From: Squatina squatina
Taxonomy: Eukaryota
Length of the DNA stretch: 38,583 nt
Direction: 5' to 3'
Assembly: GCA_031763465.1 (NCBI GenBank)
Contig: JARFOE010000192.1
Location: forward strand, 9,855,119-9,893,701
In this document: in pieces, positions 1 through 13,334 of the stretch
How positions within the stretch are numbered: position 1 is the stretch's first letter
Layout: each line of letters opens with the position of its first letter
The notes under the pieces: model-generated
Seen by the model: the letters and a program-made list of their open reading frames with translations, nothing else
Told to the model about the DNA's origin: nothing
The model's database searches: none
Made by a program: the position numbers and the translations under genes

Positions 1-33
1 AAGAATACACTTCTCCCATATGATGTCCCTTAC

Positions 34-284
34 CTCTACTGACACTTTGGTCTCAGCATTACAGTCATCTGTCACAGAAAAAGTGAATGTCTGTGATTCC
101 TGTAAAGAAACCTTCCATACAAGAAGTCCTGCAGGAGAAAGGCTAGCATCTTGTGGCCCAGTATCTATGTTAAAAACAACAGCAGATCCTTCTGGGTCAG
201 AAGCCAAGAACTGGTACACAAAATTTTCACCAGTAAAAGTCTGCAGTTTATCTTGCGAAGTTTGAAATATTGGTGGTTGGTTAC
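34..284 (-). CDS. VWDE: VWDE internal exon (cadherin/Ig-like segment before the EGF repeats)
   Basis: Acceptor ttatttttgcAG (286-285), donor GTaag (33-29). 251 nt, phase 1 to 0. Translates [83 protein letters not shown], closely resembling vertebrate VWDE as recalled. Confidence 0.9.
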
Positions 285-711
285 CTGCAAAAATAAGTGA
301 TCATTTTACTTCATACAGAAACAAATAAGAAAATACTCTACAGTTGCTATAGGGCAGATTTTAAATCTCAGCCAGCCGGTGGAGTGATCCTGCTGCTGGA
401 GGCCGGTCCATTTCGAGGGCCTGGCCACATTATCCCTCGGCGAGCTACATGTCCTGAGNNNNNNNNNNGCAATACTGGGTGGCCCAAGGGCCGAGTCGGC
501 CGGCAAAAAAGGTCCGGGGAGAGGGGGGTGGAGTGAGCCGATCATGGCGGGGTGGAATTAGTGATCATAATAATATTTATTGTGACAGACTATTCTCTGA
601 GTGGTGCCAGTGCTGTTAGCCTCACCATTATTTTTACAGCAAAATCTAGCCTATTTAATACTTTATTATTTTCAAACATATAAATAATCAAGGTGGGATT
701 TTCTGCTATCC

Positions 712-991
712 TAGAAACATAAACATAGAAAATAAGAGCAGGAGTAGGCCATCTGGCCCTTCGAACCTGCCATTCAATATGATCGTGGCTGATCCGCTAT
801 CATATTCCCACTTTCTCACCATATCCCTTGATGCCCTTACTATCTAGAAATCTATCTAGCTCCTTCTTGAATATATTCAATGACTTGGCCTCCACAGCTT
901 TCTGCGGTAGAGAATTCCACAAGTTCACCACCCTCTGTGTAAAGAAATTTCTCCTAGTCTCAGTCCTAAATGGCCTACCCAGTATTCTGAG
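712..991 (-). mobile_element. CR1-clade LINE 3' end (shark HER1-like)
   Basis: Tail agaaacataaacatagaaa...gcaggagtaggccat. The reverse strand encodes the CR1 ORF2 C-terminal motif RNFFTQRVVNLWNSLP. Confidence 0.8.
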
Positions 992-1290
992 NNNNNNNNN
1001 NNNNNNNNNNNNNNNNNNNNNNNNNNNNNNNNNNNNNNNNNNNNNNNNNNNNNNNNNNNNNNNNNNNNNNNNNNNNNNNNNNNNNNNNNNNGTCCAATAT
1101 CTAAAGACCGAGCCAGCTTTACAACAAGTCGCAAGTTTATTTCATTCCAAATATTTTACTTTGAACTCTTAGAAACCTCTCACACTACTTTACAAATGCC
1201 TGCAGAACTGCAGGTTAAAATGTGTTTAACAAATTAGCCCTGTACTGTATTTACTATTGAGTATAGACTGCATCCTGTAACTTTACTTAC

Positions 1291-1427
1291 TTGCAACTTG
1301 ATGATCTCACACGTTAAACTTGCAGACTCCATGAACCCCTGGCCGAAGACCCTCACAGAGGTACAGTCATACTGCCGAACATCACACAATCCAGAATTCT
1401 CCAACTCTATGATTTCAGGAAGCTGAT
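1291..1427 (-). CDS. VWDE: VWDE internal exon
   Basis: Donor GTaag at 1290-1286. Translates (D)QLPEIIELENSGLCDVRQYDCTSVRVFGQGFMESASLTCEIIKLQ. The acceptor (AG at 1429-1428) has a weak pyrimidine tract, so the 5' boundary is less certain. Confidence 0.82.
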
Positions 1428-2530
1428 CTTCGATATTAATATCATAAAATGTGAATTAAAATGTACAATCTGCAGAATTTTATACTTGCAAGACCTTACA
1501 TTTTGTTGTCTGTAAGCCTTTTCCAAACTAAAAACATTCTGAATATTTTTTTCTTCAAGTATATATATATTTAATTACTGCTTTCCATCATCAGCAAAAG
1601 GGGAAAGGGGAGTGGGGCATGTGACAGTGACACAGTCAGCAGTACATAACTGGATTGTTCTTCCCCCTCTGGGCAGATGCCTCCCCTCTGCTCAGTATCT
1701 CCCCATACTATGCAGTTCGTCACCAATGAGCAGAATGGGGAACATAAGCTGCATCCTCAGGGATTTACGCTACTCAATTATTAATAATTTCACAAAGTTT
1801 CAATAGATGTGCTGAACACTGCATATGCAATAGGAAAGTTTGATAAATTTAGAAGTTTTATTTNNNNNNNNNNNNNNNNNNNNNNNNNNNNNNNNNNNNN
1901 NNNNNNNNNNNNNNNNNNNNNNNNNNNNNNNNNNNNNNNNNNNNNNNNNNNNNNNNNNNNNNNNNNNNNNNNNNNNNNNNNNNNNNNNNNNNNNNNNNNN
2001 NNNNNNNNNNNNNNNNNNNNNNNNNNNNNNNNNNNNNNNNNNNNNNNNNNNNNNNNNNNNNNNNNNNNNNNNNNNNNNNNNNNNNNNNNNNNNNNNNNNN
2101 NNNNNNNNNNNNNNNNNNNNNNNNNNNNNNNNNNNNNNNNNNNNNNNNNNNNNNNNNNNNNNNNNNNNNNNNNNNNNNNNNNNNNNNNNNNNNNNNNNNN
2201 NNNNNNNNNNNNNNNNNNNNNNNNNNNNNNNNNNNNNNNNNNNNNNNNNNNNNNNNNNNNNNNNNNNNNNNNNNNNNNNNNNNNNNNNNNNNNNNNNNNN
2301 NNNNNNNNNNNNNNNNNNNNNNNNNNNNNNNNNNNNNNNNNNNNNNNNNNNNNNNNNNNNNNNNNNNNNNNNNNNNNNNNNNNNNNNNNNNNNNNNNNNN
2401 NNNNNNNNNNNNNNNNNNNNNNNNNNNNNNNNNNNNNNNNNNNNNNNNNNNNNNNNNNNNNNNNNNNNNNNNNNNNNNNNNNNNNNNNNNNNNNNNNNNN
2501 NNNNNNNNNNNNNNNNNNNNNNNNNNNNNN

Positions 2531-2896
2531 GGATATACATAGGAGAGCCTTGCAAAATGGATGGTTTGGTTTAATTTACTCAGACTGGTATAACGTATAT
2601 CTGTTAAAGTAGAAATTGTGGACTTGTTTTGAGCATTGCGTCTGCTAATTCCTCTAATCAGCTCAACAGTGCTGATGTACTCTGCTGTAACATCCAGCAC
2701 TGGAATCAGATTGGAAAATCTCACATTTTCACTGCCTGGACAGGCTGAAGGAACCCCAGATTGAGGAACAGAATCTAGTTTATTAGAAGACTGTTGCAGC
2801 ATGATTGAGTCAGTGCTACAACTACAATAACGTCTTCTTTTGACAATAACAGGTGAAGATGCTGTTTTATCAAATAGACTCTTCCCAGGCATAATT
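2531..2896 (-). CDS. VWDE: VWDE large exon following the VWD domain (partial, runs into a gap)
   Basis: Acceptor ttttacAG at 2898-2897. Its first base completes the AG|A Arg codon left by exon 3446-3654. Open frame IMPGKSLFDKTASSPVIVKRRRYCSC...LIPVLDVTAEYIS... continues to the N gap. Confidence 0.85.
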
Positions 2897-3445
2897 CTGT
2901 AAAAGCACAACCAGAAACAACATTACACTGTCAACCTCTGTATAGAGTGCACATTAAAAGATTTATTATTGAAACTAAGCCTATCCCATTTTTCATACAC
3001 TCTTCCTTAAAAAAATACATTTTTGATTATAACTTGGTGCGTACAATAGTGAAACAACCCAACACAAAACTTGGACATAATTGCAATAGCAGGTTCAGTG
3101 ATGGTTGGTATGTAGCAATCATAAGGGAAAAATCAAACTAGTGTCAAATACATAACGGACTCTCGGGGGCGAAATTGGGCTTTGTCGCCCCCGTTTTGGG
3201 GACGCTACATGTCCCATTAGGGTTGCAAAATGGCGTCTGCGGTGCACGTGCACAGTCCTAGTGTGAATATACTGGACACCATCTTGGTGAAGGGGCTAGC
3301 GCCACTTACTCTTAATGTCCGCCGGAAGTATGCAGAGCAGGCAGATCATGGTGACAATCAGCGTGCAACGCTNNNNNNNNNNNNNNNNNNNNNNNNNNNN
3401 NNNNNNNNNNNNNNNNNNNNNNNAAAACTTCTGAATTAATCATAC

Positions 3446-3654
3446 CTCCAATTTTCAATGAAACCATCAAGGTTGTCAATCTTTTCTTGAATTAAGAGAT
3501 CATCTGAATTATGAAAATCATTATTCATATCACCATCAAAAGTGCCACAAAGACCCCTGGTACTTTGGAAGTCTATGCCTGGTGCTCTGAGTGTTAAACT
3601 CATTCCCCATTCACTCAAATCAGCACGGACAAATGCTCCAGAAGAAAATGTGAT
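3446..3654 (-). CDS. VWDE: VWDE exon, C-terminal part of the von Willebrand D domain
   Basis: Acceptor ttctttcttcatatAG, donor GTatg. 209 nt. [48 protein letters not shown]...FIENWR includes the VWD GLCGxFDG motif. Confidence 0.93.
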
Positions 3655-4662
3655 CTATATGAAGAAAGAAAATTGCAGCAAATGTTATTATCTTTGCTTA
3701 TTTAATTGAGGCATTTGCTTCTATATGATCCTAATTATATGATCACTGGAGTACTGAAATAGATCTGCAATTATATTGTAAACAGAATATATTATATTCA
3801 TTTTCCAATTACAAAGACTATTGTAGCAATGGTGGGGAACAGTTTTGTTTTATACAGATGCTACAGTTATAAACATTGATTGAATCTGGGGTCGGGTCCT
3901 GACCAGACACTGGAGCAAAGCAAATAAGGGCATCTCGCTCTAGAGTCATGCCAGGCCTTACCTCGGAGCTTACTCTCTGTGGAGACGAAAATCTTCTGCC
4001 TTGCTCCCCACATGTGAGATGGAACAGGTGCTGATGACCACCATTCCTGATCCTGCCACAGTATCTGCGGTGAGGGCTGGGTCACCTCAGTTAAATACTT
4101 GGAGTGAGCGCATCATGGTACATCTTGAATGCCAGCTGCGGGGGAGGGAAAACCGGCACCAGCCAGCCGATCTTTTGGCAATATATCCGCAGGAAAGATT
4201 TTAGGGCGAGAAATTCATCTGCTGTTGCACCTCGTTAGTACCTCTGAGGAGCGCTAACAGGACGAAACAGGACAAAATGGTGCTGGAAGGCGGCCATCTC
4301 GCCTTGCGCTGTCGCGGCGCNNNNNNNNNNNNNNNNNNNNNNNNNNNNNNNNNNNNNNNNNNNNNNNNNNNNNNNNNNNNNNNNNNNNNNNNNNNNNNNN
4401 NNNNNNNNNNNNNNNNNNNNTTTTAACTTTTTAACCTCCCACCCGAAACAATCCCACCCATTTTTGTGAGTTAAAACCACCCCACTGCATCACTAACATG
4501 TTCCCTATTGTGCCCTGCTATTGAGTAGCATGAGAAGAAAGCCCCCACCCATTCTCTCAGATGGGGTAAAGTACATGTCAGCAGGTAACTGGAAGAGTGA
4601 GTAAAACTAGTTGAAAATGGGAAGCACAAATAAACAAAGCTGTGAAGGAAATTGAAAATTAC

Positions 4663-4736
4663 CTGCCATCAAAGGTGATCAGGTGTGGATCAGTAAATGA
4701 GTAACAATAGGCAGTGGGAACATCTTTCACTATTAT
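4663..4736 (-). CDS. VWDE: VWDE exon, start of the VWD domain
   Basis: Acceptor tttAG, donor GTaatt. 74 nt. IIVKDVPTAYCYSFTDPHLITFDGR contains the VWD C...DPHxxTFDG motif. Confidence 0.92.
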
Positions 4737-4980
4737 CTAAATTTTAAGAGAAAAAAATAATTAAAGTAACCAACTGCAGCATTTTGTAGAAAGGAACACC
4801 TCCCATTAGTAATTTTGTGATCCTGAACTCCAAGCGAGGAAGCTGTACTAAAAGATAGCATGGGTCAAAGACAAGGCTATAATATTATAGCTTCGATTCT
4901 CCAGCTCACGTTCCCTATGATAGCAGCTTCTCACTGGATACAAAATGTAAGCATAGGAAACCTGTAAAATAAAACATGAA

Positions 4981-5675
4981 GGCCTTGAGTTTCCACTTGG
5001 TTGTGCTGATATTTTCACCCAAAATTGGCCAAAAGACCGAGGCATTTCAAGCGCAGATTGTGTCCAGCACAAATCGTGTTTCTGTGATCTTTTATGCTAG
5101 TTTTAAAAAAAAACAAAATCGCTCATGAAGCCCCACCCACAAAACTGGCCACACCCGTGATCGAATTAATCACCATTGCGTGTTTCTGCTAATTGTGCTG
5201 GTTTGCAGGCCTTCATGGAGACTCTTAAAGTTAAGCTTTTTTTTTAGGCGCAAGGGCACTAATAGGCAACTTTACAAAGCTTTTGCATATTTTTTTAATT
5301 TACTAAGAAGCTGACTACTTTACATCATTGAAACTAATAAATGATTCAGTGTAGTTTTTTAAAGTCATTTTCAGTTCGTTAAAATCGGGAAACTCACAGG
5401 TGGTGACACTCTGATTAAAAATGCTTATTTTTTTGTGATAAACTCATTTTCAGCACACTTAAATATATCAAAGAATATTTTTAATGCAATTTTTTTTTAA
5501 ATGACGTTCTGAAACACTGTCCAATTGCGCTAGTTCATGGATGATTTTGCGTTCTGCAAAATGCAAACGAGTTTGCGCGGAAACGTGAGCAAAAAGAACT
5601 TCTGAAAACGAGCGCAATTTTGAGCCCAATTTGTGGCCGGATCACTGATTGCACCCAAAGGAGAAACTCTTGGCC
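4981..5675. mobile_element. MITE-like element in a VWDE intron
   Basis: Left GGCCTTGAGTTTC vs right reverse complement GGCCAAGAGTTTC (11/13). CpG-richer ends around an AT-rich core. No clear TSD. Confidence 0.6.
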
Positions 5676-6879
5676 AATTGCTATTTACAGCTTTTAAAAA
5701 CACAAACAGGAATTAAAACCACTGCATGGATAACAGGATGTTGAACTGTGACATACGAGGTAAATGTATCAGGTGAGGCCCTGCAGCCTCAAATCCTACA
5801 GTATTGTAATCTCTTCTTCTTCATATTACTTACAACTCCTGCACTTTAAAAAAACAGCTTATAAGATATTTTAGAATTCAAACACTTGAAATGAGATTAA
5901 AGCTTAGAACAAAATGTTACTCTTTTGCTGATAATGTTTGTTAAAATCACCAAAGGGTAGAAATTTCTCCCGATGAACATTTCAGCTAAAAGGCCAACAT
6001 GTCAATAAAAAGCGAAATGTGTTGTGAACACACTTTGACCTTTTTTGGTAAATTATCAAGAAGAGGAATTTCACCTCCAGTCTTACTTAAGCTATAAGCT
6101 TTATTAGCAATATTTGAAATAATGGTGAAAGTTTTAGCATGGAGCAGCACATGGCTTTAGGTGCGGGTGGGAGGGGGAAAGTGGCCAAAAATGCATTTGT
6201 GTCCGTAAGCCGGGTCCAACGCACCGACTACTGGGTTTAACGTAGGCGCATACAGCTGGCTGCACGAAACATATAAACNNNNNNNNNNNNNNNNNNNNNN
6301 NNNNNNNNNNNNNNNNNNNNNNNNNNNNNNNNNNNNNNNNNNNNNNNNNNNNNNNNNNNNNNNNNNNNNNNNNNNNNNCTAGTTGCGAATTCCCACTCAG
6401 CCTCTGACGCAGCCGCTGCCAGTCCCTTAAAAGACCACTTATGAGAGAGCGAAGCTGGGAAACGGGGAGACGCAAGAACTCCCAATGCTCTTCCCAAAAG
6501 GGACCCAGTGTAACACTGGAGGCTGGTACCAGCCTCCAGAATGGCAGAGGTGGGCCCCACTGGATGTGAGGGAAGTGGCCTGGCCCAAAAGCTGGGTAAT
6601 TTTTAAAAAAATGTATTGATCAGTTCCCTCAGACAGGAATTGCTGACATTTCAAGCAACATGGGGCAGGGTGTTCACCCAAGATGTACCGATAGTAGGGT
6701 GGACACCTGCCAGCCCCATGGAAGTGAGGTGCTCTCCCACTGACCTGGCAAACTCCAGCGGGAACAACACCTGTGGGTATAATCCTGGCGTAACTGCGCA
6801 TTTTCAGTGCTTCAATTTTAAAAAAGGACAGCAGTGGTTTCAAAAAATCCATCTTTTTGCATATGCAAAAGTAACATAC

Positions 6880-7112
6880 CCTGTCCCCAAGTCTGAGATT
6901 TATTCCATCCAATTCTATAAAAGAAAACATCTGGACTGTTGTTTCCTGACGCAGCTCCTCTTTGGTTCCATCGGGTGACAGTCGAAACCAAGCGATAATA
7001 AATCCAAAAGTGCTGTTTACTGCCGGACTCTCAAAGGAACACTTCAGGTAAATACTGCCATTATCTAACTCAGCCACAACTTCAAGAGCAGCTGGAGATG
7101 GTGGATGTTTAG
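6880..7112 (-). CDS. VWDE: VWDE N-terminal region exon
   Basis: Acceptor tttatttaccAG, donor GTatg. 233 nt. KHPPSPAALEVVAELDNGSIYLKCSFESPAVNSTFGFIIAWFRLSPDGTKEELRQETTVQMFSFIELDGINLRLGDR; ELDGINLRLGDR recalled as conserved in VWDE. Confidence 0.9.
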
Positions 7113-8615
7113 CTGGTAAATAAAAACATATGACATTAGTATTCTAAAGCTTAATGATAGTGTTCATTTATTACACAACATGGACACCCCATTCCAGTGT
7201 CTCAGGTCTTGTTATTTGTGATCATTGCAATACTCACACATGCACATTAAAGGATTCAGATATCAATTTAATGTTATTACAATTTCTTTTAACCAACTTT
7301 TCCTCTTTTATACCCTCTTGCAGACACTGACTCCTTGCTCTAGTTCTATGTTTTCTCTGTGCACCAGCTACCATCCAGTACTTTGCAAAAGGGCCCATTC
7401 CTATGTGACCACAGATAATAAAAGTCAGTCGGCAATTTGATCATGGAGGCATTGTGGTCAAGCATCATCCTGTCTGCACTTGCACACATGCACTTCTAGC
7501 AAGGCTCACTGCATAATGGGAACACGGGATGATTTTTCCCTCTGTAACCCAAAGATGCTGGAATTAATTGTAGTGTGAATGTTAGCACGAGTAGCTACAC
7601 TGTACAGATCAGCCAGGTCTCAGATTCAATCCCCGGTCTGTGGTCATTTAGCTGATCTGAGTTAGGGTAGCAGTGCAGCACTACAGGTAGCCTCAATGTC
7701 TCTAGGTAAGGAGGATAGGAAATTAGCCCGATGACAACTGGAAATCTTCAGATGTGGATGTTGTGTCTCGCAATCCAATTGCCTACTGACGCTGACTGTT
7801 CCATTCCATTCATAAAGAATGGGCACTTGATCAAGGTCCCAAAGAGAGAGAGAAAGAAAGAGGAAGAAAGAGANNNNNNNNNNNNNNNNNNNNNNNNNNN
7901 NNNNNNNNNNNNNNNNNNNNNNNNNNNNNNNNNNNNNNNNNNNNNNNNNNNNNNNNNNNNNNNNNNNNNNNNNCTGTCACTTTTACTTGGTTTAAAATTA
8001 AACATCTCTGGCAACATTTCCCCAGTCAATGGAAAATAAAAACCGACAAAGTGAAAAATTGGCTGCCAATTCACTCTGAGCCCGTTTCGGGCCACTGGCA
8101 TAGACTAATTTCACCTCCACAACACTTTGCCCAGAATATTTGTGTCTGTTAAGTGAATTCTCCTTAGTTCAGAATTGACATTTTATTGTTCATAGCCAAA
8201 AATACACTCTGTCATCTGCCACATGCTTTGGCATCCCACTGCCCAACCTAACCATGCACAGGGACTAAACACTGTCCAAATCTCACCCAGCAAACCCCTA
8301 AATCCTCCATCTCATTTTGACCAAAGGAATTACCTCAGCTCAAATCATTGTGCTACAAAAATGTACGGACTGTACAAAATCCTCAATGTATAAACCTGCA
8401 GCTAGTAGTTAGTCAGTAACACATCAGAACCTAAGGGAGCATGTCAATTTCAATTCAGTAAAAAAAATGTAAAATAGAAATGACTGGAAATACTTCATTA
8501 TAATTAAACAGATGCAAACATTTGTACAATGGAAAATTTCTGGTAATATTTCATTGTGAACTCTTATTGAATAAATGCTCCTGGCAGTGAATTTAATGCT
8601 GCAGAATCTAAGTTA

Positions 8616-8814
<199 letters not shown>

Positions 8815-9503
8815 NNNNNNNNNNNNNNNNNNNNNNNNNNNNNNNNNNNNNNNNNNNNNNNNNNNNNNNNNNNNNNNNNNNNNNNNNNNNNNNNNNNNNN
8901 NNNNNNNNNNNNNNGTACTGTTTATTGAAAAAGCTTTTTTGATGAATAACATTGACAATCTTAGCATCACAATGTTAGGAATTTGAACATTCTTTAACTT
9001 TTGTATTCAATGTCTGCACCAAGTATTCACAGGTTGTATATATCATGACTCAGATCCCTTGTAAGACTCCATCTGCTCTATCCTAATAATATGCTTTAAC
9101 TCCAGCAGAAGAAAAGCACTCCCTGCTGTGCCAGTGTGACATTTTCATTTCCTACATCTGCCATCCTTGTGGCCTCTGAATGGGAGTGCCAAACATGATG
9201 ATTTATGAGCAATTTTATACCGTAAACTCAGACACTTACGATGAACTGGGTTAAAAATGCAAAACTCATTTCATTTAAGACTGCTACAGCCATCAGAGAA
9301 AGAGGACTTTATGCTATCAGACTGGGGTGGATTTGGACCAAGGTCTCAGAAGTGAAAAGACAGTTCTAGCCCACTGTTCACTGAATAAATTTGTAATCGC
9401 TTTCAGCTTTAACATTAGGCCTGCAATTTGAAGCAACTTTATTGCCTTGTGTTTTTGTGCAAAGCAGCTACTTAAATAACCACCTAGATACTGTACATTA
9501 AAA

Positions 9504-9565
9504 CAGGGGTGGCCAAACCGCGACTCGCAAGCCGTATGCGGCTCTTTGATAAAGTGCGGCTCACA
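9504..9565 (+). mobile_element. hAT-Charlie-like transposon left end
   Basis: CAGGGGTGGCCAAACCGCGACTCGCAAGCCGTATGCGGCTCTTT matches the typical hAT-Charlie TIR and subterminal GCGGCTC repeats. The other end is not visible (gap). Confidence 0.6.
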
Positions 9566-10006
9566 AAAAAAAAATAATTTAACTTCAAGAGCGGGAGCAG
9601 CAGAGACCGAGGGCGGGAGCTGCAGAGACCGAAGAAAGAGAGTGCAAGCCCCATCAAACACCACCTGCCCCACCTGTGGTTGAGAAGACAACAATGCAGT
9701 GTTACTCAAGACGTTGTACCATGCAGNNNNNNNNNNNNNNNNNNNNNNNNNNNNNNNNNNNNNNNNNNNNNNNNNNNNNNNNNNNNNNNNNNNNNNNNNN
9801 NNNNNNNNNNNNNNNNNNNNNNNNNNCCCGACAAACCCCCCCCCCCCCCCCCCAATCCATCCATTTAACAGCCTGGCCCCCACGTGCCCCTTCCCTTCTC
9901 TGTGCTCCTCAGTGCCACAGGCCTACCTGTCCACAGTCAACCAGCTGCTCAGTTTGGCTGGCTGCGGGCGGAAACAGGCCTCGCACGCAAATCAGGTCCT
10001 GCCGTT

Positions 10007-10969
10007 AAACAACATCAACAACAACTGGTATTTATATAGCGCCTTTATCGTAGTAAAACACCTCAACGTTGCTTCACAGGTGTGTTACAAGACAAAAATT
10101 TGACATCAAGCAAAATAAGAAGAATTTAGGGCAAATGACCAAAAACTTGATCAAAGAGATAGGTTTTAAGGAGCATCTTAAAGGAGGAAAGAGAGGCAGA
10201 GCAGTTCAGGGAGGGAGTTGCATAGCTTGGGGTGATGACGGCAGGTTTGAAGGAGAGGGGGACAGTACATGAGGAGAGCAAACCATTAACAGTGTCAGCT
10301 AACATGGGAGCCAGAAAAGAAAATTGGGTGGTCAGCAGTTGAGTGGAAATAGGGTTGAGGGAGCAGGAAGTGGACAAGATGAGACAATGGAGAGGTTACG
10401 AGGGGAAACTGAAGAGAAACTGGAGAAAGATGCGAGATCAGGGCAAGGGCAGGGGGGAACCCTGGAGGAAGTTTGACCCCGTGGGCTAAGGGAAGGTAGG
10501 GAAGAGACAGAGGCAGCTGATCGGAAAGTCTCAATCTTAGTGAAAGAAGTCAATGAACTCCTCGTACTTGTTGTTGGAGGTGAGTGTGGAGGAGACAGGG
10601 GAGAGGGGTTTGAGAAGACAGTTAACAGTAGAGAATAGAAGCTGGGGGTTATCTTTGCATTAAAGAATGATCCTGGAATAGTGAGCAGTTTTGGCAGACA
10701 AGATTAGGACCCGATAATGCCTTATGCGGTCCAGCCAGATTTGACGGTGAATGGCTAAATCAAATGTCTGCCATATCCATTCAAGTCTACGTCCCTTGGA
10801 CTTGAGGGAGCGAAGATGAGGGCAGTGCCAGGGGGAACGACCAGGGTGAGAGAGAGTAATGTTTTTTCTCGGGACTAGGACATTATAGGTGGTGGTAAGG
10901 ATGTGGTTGAGCAGATCGGTAGCTGCAGAAATGTTGTGGTGAATGGAGGGTCAAAGGCTGGACAGTTTG
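10007..10969 (-). mobile_element. L2-clade LINE, degenerate and internally deleted
   Basis: (ACA)n-like tail with tttatatagcgccttt. Reverse strand shows SLSSFKMLLKTYLFDQVF (ORF2 end), STSCSLNPISTQLL...VPLSFKPAVITP (pre-RT) and FTKIETFRSAAS. Confidence 0.8.
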
Positions 10970-13252
10970 NNNNNNNNNNNNNNNNNNNNNNNNNNNNNNN
11001 NNNNNNNNNNNNNNNNNNNNNNNNNNNNNNNNNNNNNNNNNNNNNNNNNNNNNNNNNNNNNNNNNNNNNATTTCTCTGTTTCTGGGAATCACTGCAGGGT
11101 TACAATTTTCAACTGCAGAGAGGCAGACATGTTGCATAGGTTTACTAAAGCCCAGTATACAATGCAGATTGCTGAAACCCAGCTTTAATATGAGCTTGCT
11201 GTTAAATACGTTGTTTTTTCTTCCAATATGGATAAAAGGAAAACAAATTTTACATGATTAAAATGCTAGCCACATTGGGAAATGAGTACATTGAAATGAG
11301 ACACAAGAAATATGCATATGGTAAAACTGCTAGAGTAGATCCAGAAGAATGTCCAATGTGCTACTGCTACTGCCCTGCAATAATAGTCCTAGGGGAGCAC
11401 AGGAGACACTTCACTGTGCTCAAAGTATGTTGACTTAAGCAATGCCTACAGGCTAGCAAAGGCAATCCAATATATGTTGATATCTGAAATGACTGCAGTT
11501 GTAGAGGATAGATCATCAATATAACTGACATATAGAAAGGTCTTCTGTAGTTTTCATTTGCAGTTATTTCACCGATTTGTACTATAAACATTATTTCCTT
11601 CCACATGGTATTTAAAGCGTTTTTTTTTAAGTTACTTTTTAATGGTATTCTTTGACTGTGTCTATCAAGTGAAAGCAATGTTATAAACACAGGCTTATTT
11701 TAAAATACAATGACTTTCCTGAAGTGTTTTCAATTGTAAATGAAAGCTTGGGAATTCTGTTTAATGCTGGAATGCTTACACATAAACCAGATGGGGTGAT
11801 GATAAATGACCACCAATACCCGAGAAATCCTCAGTTCCAGAATTCACAGATCTGCTTTGATTACTCAAGACTTGTCAATTTAGCCACAATGTCTTGGGGA
11901 CACGCTGTGAACACTGGTTTCTCCCAACGCCGAACCTACCTCCTTTAATTGGGTATTCAATGCCAAATATTCTTCCTTAATATGCCTTTAATTAAGCNNN
12001 NNNNNNNTTTACAAACCAGAAGTTAAGATTTTTTCACAACTATGAACTGTGTCAATAGTTTCTATAAAGATGTAACATCTGGGACGAAAACTGTTCATAG
12101 AGAACATATACGGAAACACTGTAGTAGTAAATCTCTGCAATGTACATCACTGCTGCAAATAATTAACACAAAAACTGAGGCGTGCAACATGTCAAGAAAA
12201 ATATTGTAGCCAATAAAATATCTAATGTTAGTGAAGCAGTTAGTCACACCATAAGGCGAGAAGCTTCATTGTCCTCGTTGNNNNNNNNNNNNNNNNNNNN
12301 NNNNNNNNNNNNNNNNNNNNNNNNNNNNNNNNNNNNNNNNNNNNNNNNNNNNNNNNNNNNNNNNNNNNNNNNNNNNNNNNATATCAATTCTTTTCCATGG
12401 AGATAAACAAGATTTACATAAATGTTGATATTAGTTTGCAACTCTACATCCAATAAATTCCTTTAAAGATATCACACTTGACTGGATTCCTGTCTAATCT
12501 GACACTGTCATTTCTGTGGCATACTTTAAAAATTGAAGTTGTATTTTTTGTCTGATACAATTTTGATATATTCTAAATAAAAATGCTATTATATACAATA
12601 TTTAGAATGTTATATAAGTGAGACCATGAATACCAGGTGGAACAGACTAAATCAGGAAAAAAACCTTGCTTAATGCAATTACTGCAACCCAGGGAAAATA
12701 AAATATTTTAAAAACTTGTACACAGATACTAAAATAATTTATTTCTAACGTTACATTCTCCTGTAACGAATTCAGTGTAATATTTCGCTCATTGTGCATA
12801 ACTGTCGCCAATCAAATTGGTTATCAGAATGTGTGTATCTCTGAAAGTGCAAATAAAATATCCCAAGTAAACAGTAACTGATAAATAATTCAGATACAGA
12901 TACATGATATATATACTCAAGAAAACGAAACATGCACGTGTTTCATTTAGAACAACACGACTTGGAAGATTGAATGATTTGTACTGGAGACAACGCGATT
13001 CGGCTGCTTGGCGTATCTCAATTTACTGAAATTACCCAAATAGTTTTTTTTATGAAATACGATTTCCTGGTTTAAAAAAAACACGATAATCGTAGTCTAG
13101 TCAAGTGACAAAAGACAAATGTCCGCATATTTACTGAAAAACAAATCAAGTAATAATAGCATCCAGACAATTTAAATGGTAACAAAATATTAGTAATTAA
13201 TGATTATTTTCTATCGTTTAAAATGTCACAGAAACTCTTAAAAATCGCTTAC

Positions 13253-13334
13253 CTAACATACCTAAGGAGACATCGTGGAGGGACAGCAGCAGAGTCCAGA
13301 AAATATAACATGCCTTGAGTGCTTTTAGTGCCAT
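13253..13334 (-). CDS. VWDE: Probable VWDE first coding exon (signal peptide)
   Basis: ATG at 13334-13332. MALKALKACYIFWTLLLSLHDVSLGML has a basic N-region and a hydrophobic core, and ends at a phase-1 donor G|GTaagc. It lies upstream of the other VWDE exons in locally CpG-richer sequence. Confidence 0.68.

Noticed and set aside
1800-2612. Long ORFs of 240-350 aa
   Set aside because: Artefacts of reading through N runs. Only 2531-2896 on the minus strand is supported.
6439-6879. C-terminal part of the 212-aa minus ORF
   Set aside because: Read-through past the donor at 6879 into intron/repeat sequence.
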